A DNA stretch of 64,000 bases, from positions 128,001 to 192,000 of the forward strand of contig JBMFNR010000001.1 of NCBI GenBank assembly GCA_049970055.1. The letters are read 5' to 3'. A program made the position numbers and the translations under genes. Positions within the stretch are counted from its first letter, which is position 1. Every line of letters begins with the position of its first letter. The stretch is from Fervidobacterium sp. (GTDB lineage Bacteria > Thermotogota > Thermotogae > Thermotogales > Fervidobacteriaceae). This document shows positions 49,879-59,028 of the stretch, one piece after another. The notes under the pieces were generated by a model. It was not told the DNA's origin, did not search any database, and worked only from the letters and a program-made list of their open reading frames with translations.

Positions 49879-50720
49879 TGAGCGAAATATTGTTTTTTGC
49901 ATTTAGAAATAAAAAACTAAGGGTAGGACTTTCCATTGTTTTGTTTTTCTTAATTTTAGGCATTTTTGGACCATATTTTTCCAAATACAAAGATCCGCTT
50001 GACTATGTCGGTCAAGGATATCACCCCCCCAGCAAAGAGTACTGGCTTGGCACAACGACATTTGGTCAAGATGTGTTTACACAACTTGTTTATGGTCTAA
50101 GGTCTTCATTTTTCGTGGGATTTGTAGGTGGTGGACTTGCTACGCTGATAGGACTTGCAATCGGCTTTATAGCAGGTTACGAGGGCGGACTCTTTGATGA
50201 AATTCTTATGATGATTACAAACATACTGCTTGTTGTACCCACATTAGCTTTATTAATAATTGTGGCTTCGTATCTGCCTTACAGAGGAATTTTTATTCAG
50301 AGTGTAATAATTGGCCTTACCGCATGGCCGTGGACGGCAAGAGCTGTTAGGGCGCAGACGTTATCTTTAAAATCACGAGAATTTGTTAACCTCGCAAGAA
50401 TAAGTGGAAGGTCTCACATGAAAATCATTTTCTACGAAATAATGCCAAATATGCTTTCTTATGTATTTATGGTGTTTATCTTGCAATTTGGAGGTGCCAT
50501 ACTTGCAGCTGTTGGGCTTGATTTCATAGGTTTGGGACCAACTCGTGGAATTTCTCTTGGACTGATGATGCAAAATGCTGTTTTATGGAACGCTATACAA
50601 CTCGGTATGTGGTGGTGGGCAATCCCCCCAGGACTTGTAATAACACTCATCGTTGGAGCTCTGTACTTTATGAATACAGGTCTTGACGAAGTTTTCAACC
50701 CGCGACTTAGAGAAATGTGA
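49878..50720 (+). CDS. ABC permease (OppC-like)
   Basis: WLGTTTFGQDVF, WPWTARAVRAQ, EIMPN, FNPRLR. Confidence 0.92.
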   Translation: MSEILFFAFRNKKLRVGLSIVLFFLILGIFGPYFSKYKDPLDYVGQGYHPPSKEYWLGTTTFGQDVFTQLVYGLRSSFFVGFVGGGLATLIGLAIGFIAGYEGGLFDEILMMITNILLVVPTLALLIIVASYLPYRGIFIQSVIIGLTAWPWTARAVRAQTLSLKSREFVNLARISGRSHMKIIFYEIMPNMLSYVFMVFILQFGGAILAAVGLDFIGLGPTRGISLGLMMQNAVLWNAIQLGMWWWAIPPGLVITLIVGALYFMNTGLDEVFNPRLREM

Positions 50721-51698
50721 ATGAAGGGGCTGATCAAAAAAATGCTTGAAGTGAGAGATTTAAAATTATATTATAAGACTTTAAGGGGTTACGTCAAAGC
50801 TGTTGATGGTGTTAGCTTTACAGTTAGAGATAATGAAATCTTAGGACTTGCCGGAGAATCAGGATGCGGTAAATCGACTCTTGTTAATGGTATGGTATTA
50901 CTCAAACCTCCTCTTAATTATTTAGGTGGGGAAGTTAAACTTGATGGTAAAACTTTGCCAATAAACGAATTTGAAGAAATGAACGCGTATAGATTTAAGA
51001 GAATATCCATAATACCACAGTACGCAATGGATGCACTTAATCCAACAAGGAAGATAGGTATGTATATTCGTGAGGTTCTTGAAAGCAAGGGAATAGACTA
51101 TAATGAGATAGAACAAAGGCTTTTTGAAAGGTTGAGGTACGTTAATTTAACTGAAAAGGTTCTCAAAATGTATCCAATCGAACTTTCTGGTGGAATGAAG
51201 CAAAGACTTGTTATGGTTATTAGTACGCTTCTTAATCCATCTTTACTCATTGCAGACGAGATTACGTCGGCACTCGATGTTTCGTCACAAAAATCAGTGT
51301 GCTTGATGATTAAGGGGTTTAAAGATCAAGGTGTTGTCAAATCACTGGTATTTGTAACCCATGACTTATCTGTGCTTTATCAAATAGCAGATAGAATAAT
51401 GATTATGTACGCTGGGAAAGTTGCAGAGATTGGAACTACTCAGCAACTTGTAGAGAATCCAGTTCACCCATATACTAAAATGCTTTTATCCTCTCTTCCA
51501 GAGGTTGGAATTAGATACACTGAAACGAAGCTATCAGGTATACCAGGTCAACCACCTCAGTTACTCACGCCTCCTCAAGGATGTAGGTTTAAAGATAGAT
51601 GCCCCTTACGATCAAAAGAGTGTGATGAAGAACCACCTATGGTGAATGTGGAAGAAGGTCATATAGCTTACTGTTGGAAGGTGAAATCCAATGCTTGA
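50721..51698 (+). CDS. ABC ATPase (OppD-like)
   Basis: GESGCGKST, LSGGMKQR, ADEITSALD, HPYT, C-terminal Cys cluster. Confidence 0.93.
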   Translation: MKGLIKKMLEVRDLKLYYKTLRGYVKAVDGVSFTVRDNEILGLAGESGCGKSTLVNGMVLLKPPLNYLGGEVKLDGKTLPINEFEEMNAYRFKRISIIPQYAMDALNPTRKIGMYIREVLESKGIDYNEIEQRLFERLRYVNLTEKVLKMYPIELSGGMKQRLVMVISTLLNPSLLIADEITSALDVSSQKSVCLMIKGFKDQGVVKSLVFVTHDLSVLYQIADRIMIMYAGKVAEIGTTQQLVENPVHPYTKMLLSSLPEVGIRYTETKLSGIPGQPPQLLTPPQGCRFKDRCPLRSKECDEEPPMVNVEEGHIAYCWKVKSNA

Positions 51699-52611
51699 AG
51701 TTATCAATTTGACGAAGGCTTACAACCTAGGTGCATTTGGCAAGGAAAAGTTTTACGCAGTTGATAATGTCTCGTTTAAAATTGACGATAGTGAAATAGT
51801 TTCTTTGATTGGGGAGAGTGGTAGTGGAAAGACTACCATTGGAAAATTGATTTTACGCCTTGCTAAACCTACATCCGGTAAAATTATTTACAACGGCATC
51901 GATATATCTTCTTTTAAAAGTATAAAAGAATACTATAGATACATTCAAGGCGTTTTTCAAGATCCATTTAGCTCTTACAATCCGATATTTAAAATAGACA
52001 GAGTTTTTGATATGGTAAGGGAAGAGTTTTATCCAAATATAAAACGTAATGAATGGTTCGCAAGAGTTGAAGAAGTTATTAAAGATATAGGACTTAATCC
52101 AAAGGAAATCCTTGGTAAATTCCCTCACCAACTTAGTGGCGGACAATTACAAAGATTGCTTATAGCACGTGCGCTCCTTATGGAAACAAAATTCTTAGTG
52201 GCTGATGAGATCATAAGTATGCTTGATGCGTCCACAAGAATAGATATATTAAATATACTTATGGATCTGAAAAACAAAGGACTTTCAGTTCTGTTTATAA
52301 CTCATGATCTATCACTTGGGTATTACACAAGTGACAAGACGATAATCTTGTATCGTGGCACGATTATGGAGTATGGCGATACTGTGAAAGTATTTAATAA
52401 TCCACTTCATCCATATACGAAAATGCTTCTTGATTCTGTTCCCACGATGCGCAGAAAATGGACAAAAGAAGAACTTATAGCAGAATCAAAAAGGACTCCA
52501 CCAAGTTATTGTAAGTATTACGATAGATGTCCACTTGGTGATAGTGCTTGTAAAAATATTGAACTTAGAGAAATCGATGAAAACCATTTCGTTGCATGCA
52601 AGAAAGTTTAA
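51691..52611 (+). CDS. ABC ATPase (OppF-like)
   Basis: GESGSGKTT, LSGGQLQR, ADEIISMLD, HPYT. Confidence 0.93.
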   Translation: MLEVINLTKAYNLGAFGKEKFYAVDNVSFKIDDSEIVSLIGESGSGKTTIGKLILRLAKPTSGKIIYNGIDISSFKSIKEYYRYIQGVFQDPFSSYNPIFKIDRVFDMVREEFYPNIKRNEWFARVEEVIKDIGLNPKEILGKFPHQLSGGQLQRLLIARALLMETKFLVADEIISMLDASTRIDILNILMDLKNKGLSVLFITHDLSLGYYTSDKTIILYRGTIMEYGDTVKVFNNPLHPYTKMLLDSVPTMRRKWTKEELIAESKRTPPSYCKYYDRCPLGDSACKNIELREIDENHFVACKKV

Positions 52612-52671
52612 ATATGAGCTTAAAATTATGTACATTCATCCTAGTGTCATTCTACTGTGGAGGTGTGTGTT

Positions 52672-54072
52672 ATGTTTTCAAAAGATTTTATCTTCGGTGC
52701 TTCTATATCAGGTTTTCAATTTGAGATGGGGAATCCTAATGATAAAGAAGAAATTGATCCAAACACAGATTGGTTTGTATGGCTTCGTGATATAGGTAAT
52801 TTGGTAAACGGAACAGTTAGTGGTGATTTACCTGAGAATGGTTCTTGGTATTGGAAACAATATGAAAAAGTTCATCAACTAGCAGTAGATTTTGGATTAG
52901 AAGTTATGAGGATAGGTATTGAATGGTCGAGAATTTTTCCAACGAGTACAAAGGATGTTGAATACAACTCACCAAACATGCTCAATGAGCTTGATAGAAT
53001 TGCGAACCACCGAGCAGTCAAACATTATAGGGAAATCATTCTAGATATGAAACGCAAAGGATTAAGAGTTTTTGTCAATTTGTCTCACTTTACGCTACCA
53101 CTTTGGCTGCACGATCCTATAGCTGTTCATAGAGGAGAGCGTACACAAAGACTTGGTTGGGTTAGCGAAGATACACCCATCGAGTTTGCAAAATATGCCG
53201 AGTACATTGCGTGGAAATTTTCGGACAGCGTCGATATGTGGTCTTCAATGAACGAACCACATGTTGTGAGTCAACTTGGATATTTCCAAGTAAATGCAGG
53301 TTTTCCACCAAGTTATTTCAATCCCAGGTGGTACATAAAAAGTTTAGAGAATCAAGCCAAGGCACACAATTTTGCGTACGACGCAATTAAGAAGCATTCT
53401 AATAGTCCTGTTGGAATTATATATTCTTTTACCTGGTATGACACCGTTGATCCCAAGGACAAAGATATTTTTGAACACGCGATGGAGCTCACAAATTGGA
53501 GATTTATAGATTTGGTTAAAGATAAAATAGATTTTATAGGCCTTAATTACTACACAAGAGCTGTTATCGATAAACTACCTTTCAGTTTGAATTTTGACGA
53601 TTTCGAAATTGATTGGTACACTTTAAGTGGATACGGATATTCTTGTGAAGAGGGCGGATATTCTTTAGCTGGAAGACCTGCAAGTGAGTTTGGTTGGGAG
53701 ATATACCCCGAAGGTTTGTATTATCTAATTAAAGAAATCCATGCACGTTACAGTAAGTTGATTTACGTAACTGAGAATGGAATTGCAGATTCTAAAGACA
53801 AGTACAGAAGTTTTTTCATAATCTCTCATTTGTACGCTATTGAAAAGGCTATGAATGAGGGTATCCCTGTTAAGGGTTATTTACACTGGTCGATTATCGA
53901 TAACTTCGAATGGGCTAAGGGGTACAGAAAACGCTTTGGGCTTGCTTACACAGATTTTGAAAAGAAGATGTACGTGCCAAGACCATCTATGTACATATTT
54001 AAAGAAATAATCAAAGAAAGATCAATCGATAAATTCAAAGGATTTGATCCTTATGGACTCATGAAATTTTAA
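52672..54072 (+). CDS. GH1 beta-glycosidase (archaeal-like subtype)
   Basis: FIFGASISGFQFEMG, RIGIEWSRIFP, SMNEP, VTENG, DNFEWAKG. Start placed at ATG 52672 after GGAGG. Confidence 0.9.
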   Translation: MFSKDFIFGASISGFQFEMGNPNDKEEIDPNTDWFVWLRDIGNLVNGTVSGDLPENGSWYWKQYEKVHQLAVDFGLEVMRIGIEWSRIFPTSTKDVEYNSPNMLNELDRIANHRAVKHYREIILDMKRKGLRVFVNLSHFTLPLWLHDPIAVHRGERTQRLGWVSEDTPIEFAKYAEYIAWKFSDSVDMWSSMNEPHVVSQLGYFQVNAGFPPSYFNPRWYIKSLENQAKAHNFAYDAIKKHSNSPVGIIYSFTWYDTVDPKDKDIFEHAMELTNWRFIDLVKDKIDFIGLNYYTRAVIDKLPFSLNFDDFEIDWYTLSGYGYSCEEGGYSLAGRPASEFGWEIYPEGLYYLIKEIHARYSKLIYVTENGIADSKDKYRSFFIISHLYAIEKAMNEGIPVKGYLHWSIIDNFEWAKGYRKRFGLAYTDFEKKMYVPRPSMYIFKEIIKERSIDKFKGFDPYGLMKF

Positions 54073-54116
54073 ATATTCTCTAAAATTTCCTGAAGGAGTG
54101 GTAAAGGAGTGATCAA

Positions 54117-55118
54117 GTGGTAACGATCAAAGATGTTGCTCGTGAAGCAGGTGTATCCATAGCTACAGTTTCGCGAGTTGTGAATGGATTTAGCAATGTA
54201 AGTGATAGTACACGGAAAAAAGTAATTCGTGCAATTAAAAATCTTGGCTACAAACCGATGCCTTCGTTAAGGAAAGCATCGGAATTGCTTTACAATATAG
54301 GTGTACTTCTACCTAATCTCGTTGGTGACCATTACAATGAAATATTAATGGCCATAGAGGATTACGCAAAAAAAAGTAATTTTGAAGTGATGGTCTCTGT
54401 TCCCAGTATGAAGCCGGAAATGGAAAAACATATTCTTGATCAGTATTTTAAAAGAAAAATTGATGGAATAATACTGTGCGAATTATACGGTGATGTTAAC
54501 TACCTAGATCCGTTTTTAAACAGCGGAATTCCAATTGTCGTACTTGATTTCTACATTGAAGAGGTGATTTGTGATTCAGTAAATATAGACAACGTAACTG
54601 GTGCGATTCAAGCGATGAAGTATCTCTACAAGATGGGTCACAGAAAAATACTTTATGTGAGAGGTCCTGAAAATTCACCTGCATCCAGGAACAGAGAAAA
54701 GGGAATCAAAAGGTTCGTTGATAGGCATAAAGATGTGGAAGTATTTTTTAGTGAACACGAAGGTTATAATCCAGAGGATGGTTATATTTCGGTAAAAAAG
54801 TTTTTGGAAAAATATGGGAAGACATTTACTGGAGTTTTTGCGGTAAATGACTGGTCAGCCATAGGTGCAATTAGGGCTTTAAGAGAACACGGGCTTTCAA
54901 TACCAGATGATGTATCCATAATAGGTTACGATGATGCACCTTACGCTGAGTATCTCTATCCACCTTTAACAACAATCCACCAACCTCGCTGGGAGATGGG
55001 ACAGATGGCGGCGCAACTGCTTATTGATAGAATTCTGGGTAAAGGTCCAAAAATTCCAAGAAATGTCATACTCCCAACGCAACTGATTGAAAGACACTCA
55101 GTAAAGAAAATAGAATGA
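54117..55118 (+). CDS. LacI-family transcriptional regulator (CelR-like)
   Basis: TIKDVAREAGVSIATVSRVVN HTH, IPDDVSIIGYDD, PPLTTIHQP. Confidence 0.92.
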   Translation: MVTIKDVAREAGVSIATVSRVVNGFSNVSDSTRKKVIRAIKNLGYKPMPSLRKASELLYNIGVLLPNLVGDHYNEILMAIEDYAKKSNFEVMVSVPSMKPEMEKHILDQYFKRKIDGIILCELYGDVNYLDPFLNSGIPIVVLDFYIEEVICDSVNIDNVTGAIQAMKYLYKMGHRKILYVRGPENSPASRNREKGIKRFVDRHKDVEVFFSEHEGYNPEDGYISVKKFLEKYGKTFTGVFAVNDWSAIGAIRALREHGLSIPDDVSIIGYDDAPYAEYLYPPLTTIHQPRWEMGQMAAQLLIDRILGKGPKIPRNVILPTQLIERHSVKKIE

Positions 55119-55125
55119 AGGTGCT

Positions 55126-56148
55126 ATGATGAGAAGCCTAAGGTACTTTTTGGTAATATTAGTGGTGATCTTTCTTATGAGTAATACGTGCGAGAAGAAC
55201 CAAGCAATTGAGAGAAAAAGCGCGTTTGAGTATAATCGAATGATAGGTCACGGTATAAACATGGGTAATGCACTGGAGGCTCCTTTTGAAGGCGCATGGG
55301 GAGTTTACATAGAAGATGAATACTTTAAGACTATAAAAGATCGAGGTTTTAACTCGGTAAGAATTCCAATCCGTTGGTCCGCTCATCTTTCCAATGAACA
55401 TCCTTACAAAATCGATGAAAAATTCTTAGCAAGGGTTAAGCATATCGTTGATGAAGCACTTAGAAATAATTTACTGGTAATAATCAATTGCCACCATTTT
55501 GAAGAACTTTACGAATCACCGGATGAGCACGGGAAGGTTTTAATTGAAATATGGCGGCAAATTTCGGAGTTCTTTAAAGATTATCCAGATACACTCTTTT
55601 TTGAGATACTCAACGAACCGGCACGCAATTTGACACCAGATAAGTGGAATGATTTATATCCAAATGTTTTAAATGTTATACGCAAGACAAATCCATTAAG
55701 ACTTATAATCATCGATGCGCCTAATTGGGCGTATTACAAATCTGTAAGCGAACTGAAATTAGTTAATGATCAGAACATCATAGTATCTTTTCATTACTAC
55801 GAACCATTTAATTTTACACATCAAGGCGCAGAGTGGGTAAACCCAACCCTACCGGTAGGTGTTCGCTGGGAAGGTAAAGATTGGGAAAAAGAGCAAGTAA
55901 TTACTCACTTTAAGTACGTAAATGATTGGGCAAAGAATAACAATGTCCCCGTATTTTTGGGAGAGTTTGGTGCGTATTCAAAAGCTGATATGGATTCAAG
56001 AGTAAAGTGGACAGACACAGTTAGGAAAATAGCGGAAGAATTTGGGTTTTCAATAGCTTACTGGGAATTCTGCGCAGGTTTTGGGTTATACGATAGGTGG
56101 TCAAAAAGTTGGATAGAACCTCTAACAACATCCGCGCTTGGAAAATAA
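55126..56148 (+). CDS. GH5 endoglucanase (Cel5A-like), secreted
   Basis: Signal peptide, GINMGNALEAP, VRIPIRW, EILNEP, FHYYEPF.FTHQGA, FLGEFG, YWEF. Confidence 0.92.
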   Translation: MMRSLRYFLVILVVIFLMSNTCEKNQAIERKSAFEYNRMIGHGINMGNALEAPFEGAWGVYIEDEYFKTIKDRGFNSVRIPIRWSAHLSNEHPYKIDEKFLARVKHIVDEALRNNLLVIINCHHFEELYESPDEHGKVLIEIWRQISEFFKDYPDTLFFEILNEPARNLTPDKWNDLYPNVLNVIRKTNPLRLIIIDAPNWAYYKSVSELKLVNDQNIIVSFHYYEPFNFTHQGAEWVNPTLPVGVRWEGKDWEKEQVITHFKYVNDWAKNNNVPVFLGEFGAYSKADMDSRVKWTDTVRKIAEEFGFSIAYWEFCAGFGLYDRWSKSWIEPLTTSALGK

Positions 56149-56171
56149 TTGGAAAGTAAGAGCAAAAATAT

Positions 56172-56202
56172 AAAAAGTGGCGGTTCATAACCGCCACTTT
56201 TT
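56172..56202. terminator. bidirectional terminator
   Basis: AAAAAGTGGCGGTT-CAT-AACCGCCACTTTTT between convergent operons. Confidence 0.88.
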
Positions 56203-56249
56203 GTTACTTGATTTTGTTACTTAATATTTAAATCTATTCAATTAATCAA

Positions 56250-57962
56250 TTATCCTAATGCTCTTGGGTCAAATGCATCTCTTAATCCATCACCGACGAA
56301 GTTAAATGCCAGAACCACAACGAATATAAAGACACCTGGAATAAGGAGCCAAGGAGCTTTTTCAAGTATATAAACATCTTGCGCTGCTGTTAACATGTTA
56401 CCCCACGACGCAGATGGTTCTCTGATTCCAAGCCCAAGGTACGAAAGACCTGCTTCACCAAGTATATACCCTGGTATCGAAAGTGTTGAACTTACGATTA
56501 TATAAGTGGCCAAGTTAGGTATGATATGCCTCCACATGATCCTCATATCTGGGAAGCCAAGGGCTATAGCCGCTTCAACATATTCTCTTTGCCTTTCCGC
56601 TAATATCTGACCTCTGATTATTCTCGCTCTGCCTGGCCAACCTAGGAATGCAAGAATAAATATCAATAGCATATAAATTTGTGAGCTCGGAAGATCAACA
56701 GGTAAAAGTGCTCGTAGCATAAGTAACAAATAAAAACCCGGTATTGCCATAAGAATTTCACAAAATCGCATTATTAGCTCATCAACAAGCCCACCGTAAA
56801 ATCCCGCGATTGCACCGAAGAAAAGAGAAAGAACAAGAGTAACAAACAATCCGATGAAGCCTATGGTTAAAGAAACACGCGATGCAAAGATTATCCTACT
56901 CCACACATCTCTTCCGTACCTATCTGATCCAAATATGTTAAGTGACACGTACTCATTGTTATCGTAATTTTCAACGCCAAATAGATGATAATGTAAAGGA
57001 ATTATCCAAAACAAATAGCCAACCCTTTCAGGATCAGTACCAGTTGGTCCCCACGATTTTATGAAGAATTTTACAGGATAGAATTTGTAGTCGTAAGAGG
57101 TTACCTTTGCTTCATCTAGTGATATCACGTGCTCGTTAAAATCTTCGTCGTAATACTTTATTCCTACAAGCTCTTGCTCGATCCTTATGGCCGTAAGTCT
57201 TTTCATTACCTCCTGTTCATCTGATGTGTAAAAACCAATCTTCCAACCTTCGTTTTGCGCAACAAATGATCGTGCCGTTCTCGAGTCAGTTTCTCTAACG
57301 TTTTTGCCCTTTTCAATTAATAAGTTGTCGACCCCAAAAACAAGAGAATCTATATCACTTGTTTCATCGGAATATTGTTTAAATTCACCGTCTATTCTTG
57401 CGTACTTCACTGTGCGAACTACTAGCTTTATTTGTTCTGTAAGGACAAATTGTTTATCTAATTGCCTACCTTTTGGAAGGTATTTTGGTACAACTGTCCC
57501 ATCCTCTTTTACTTCAACTACGTGTTTATCAATCACAGTTAACTCCTTACCATCGTTGAATCTTACCTTAATTCTACTTGGGAAGAGCATCGATCTAAAA
57601 TTTTGGGTGAAATCAAGATTATCAATGTAACTGATTTCAGGAAGTACATAAGGCAACATTTTTGTTTTCAAATCAGCAACTTGGTAATTATAAAGCACGG
57701 TAGTCGGTTTCTTTAGCGAGTGATTTAGGTTTTGTTGGAAAGGATTGTACGGTGCTAAAAAGTCCGCAAAAATCATTGCGATGTACATTACAACAAGTAC
57801 CAACATACCAAACATTGCAAGTTTGTTCTTCTTAAAGGCACGCCACATCAACTGTCCTCGTGATAAATAGACATCTTCGAAATCTATAGATTCCTCTTGT
57901 TGGGGTATACCTTTATGATCGACATTTTGTTTTTTAAGTTTGTTTTTATCATTTTTGCTCAT
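56250..57962 (-). CDS. ABC permease (OppC-like) with large extracytoplasmic insertion
   Basis: WRAFKKNKLAM N-terminus, FGSDRYGRDV, EYVEAAIALG (EAA loop), GDGLRDAFDPR; 570 aa. Confidence 0.9.
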   Translation of the reverse strand: MSKNDKNKLKKQNVDHKGIPQQEESIDFEDVYLSRGQLMWRAFKKNKLAMFGMLVLVVMYIAMIFADFLAPYNPFQQNLNHSLKKPTTVLYNYQVADLKTKMLPYVLPEISYIDNLDFTQNFRSMLFPSRIKVRFNDGKELTVIDKHVVEVKEDGTVVPKYLPKGRQLDKQFVLTEQIKLVVRTVKYARIDGEFKQYSDETSDIDSLVFGVDNLLIEKGKNVRETDSRTARSFVAQNEGWKIGFYTSDEQEVMKRLTAIRIEQELVGIKYYDEDFNEHVISLDEAKVTSYDYKFYPVKFFIKSWGPTGTDPERVGYLFWIIPLHYHLFGVENYDNNEYVSLNIFGSDRYGRDVWSRIIFASRVSLTIGFIGLFVTLVLSLFFGAIAGFYGGLVDELIMRFCEILMAIPGFYLLLMLRALLPVDLPSSQIYMLLIFILAFLGWPGRARIIRGQILAERQREYVEAAIALGFPDMRIMWRHIIPNLATYIIVSSTLSIPGYILGEAGLSYLGLGIREPSASWGNMLTAAQDVYILEKAPWLLIPGVFIFVVVLAFNFVGDGLRDAFDPRALG

Positions 57963-57977
57963 TTCATCAAGCCCTCC

Positions 57978-58943
57978 TTATTCGTATCTAATTCTCGGAT
58001 CTACTGCTGCAAGGAGAACATCTCCAACAAGGTTCCCAATGATAAGCAAAACAGTACTTATAACCGTGCTTGCCATAACAACGTAATAATCTTTTTGTAG
58101 AAGAGCTTGATATGTTAGTCTGCCAAGCCCAGGCCATGAGAATATCGTTTCAGTAATAACGGCTCCACTAAGTAAACCAGCTAAACTCCCACCAAACATA
58201 GTAACAAGTGGGTTTATAGCATTTCTTAATGCGTGCTTGTATATAACAACCCTTTCGGGCATTCCTTTCGCTCTTGCGAATTCTACATAATCTTCGCTGA
58301 GAACATCAAGAAGCGTACCTCTTTGATACCTCATTAATCCAGCAAAACTACCAAATGTTAAAGTAAGCGCTGGAAGTTGCAATCTCCAAAAGATGTCCTT
58401 AAATGCATTCCATACATCGAGTCGCACTGTCTCAGGACTATACATCCCACCTATTGGGAACCATCCGGTTCTTGCTGCCATGTACAAAAGTAGTAGTGCG
58501 AGGAAAAACCCAGGAAGCGCTAAACCACTAAATGCAACAACCGTCAATATCTTATCTGTGATTGTGTATTTTTTCAAAGCAGAAACAACACCAAGAAATA
58601 CTCCAATTATCCACGAGAGAACAAAAGAATACAGAGATAAAACAAACGTTCCAAGCAACCTTTCGGAAATAAGCGAAACTACAGGCCGTCTGTAGTAGAA
58701 AGAGAATCCGAAGTCAAGTTTTAAGAGTTTACCAAACCAGTAAAAATATTGAACAACGGCAGGTTTGTCAAGACCAAGCTCTTTTTCCATAGCTTGCAAA
58801 GTTTCTTTTGAGATAGATGGATCGAGTTTGTACTGATCTAGGAATGTACCTGGCGACAATTGCATGAGTGTGAAGACAATTACTGTTATTATCCATAGTT
58901 CGGGTATCAATATTATAAGCCTGCGTGCGATGTATTTAATCAA
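57978..58943 (-). CDS. ABC permease (OppB-like)
   Basis: YIARRL, DYVEFARAKG, HALRNA, ETIFSWPGLG, DPRIR. Confidence 0.93.
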   Translation of the reverse strand: MIKYIARRLIILIPELWIITVIVFTLMQLSPGTFLDQYKLDPSISKETLQAMEKELGLDKPAVVQYFYWFGKLLKLDFGFSFYYRRPVVSLISERLLGTFVLSLYSFVLSWIIGVFLGVVSALKKYTITDKILTVVAFSGLALPGFFLALLLLYMAARTGWFPIGGMYSPETVRLDVWNAFKDIFWRLQLPALTLTFGSFAGLMRYQRGTLLDVLSEDYVEFARAKGMPERVVIYKHALRNAINPLVTMFGGSLAGLLSGAVITETIFSWPGLGRLTYQALLQKDYYVVMASTVISTVLLIIGNLVGDVLLAAVDPRIRYE

Positions 58944-58987
58944 GCTTATCCACCTCCAGAGAATGTTTGACAGCCAAAAATTTTAAA

Positions 58988-59013
58988 AGCGGGGCGGGGA
59001 AAACCGCCCCGCT
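58988..59013 (-). terminator. intercistronic stem-loop/terminator after the binding-protein gene
   Basis: Minus strand AGCGGGGCGG-TTTTC-CCGCCCCGCT followed by TTT. Confidence 0.7.
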
Positions 59014-59028
59014 ATAAGAAAGAAATCA

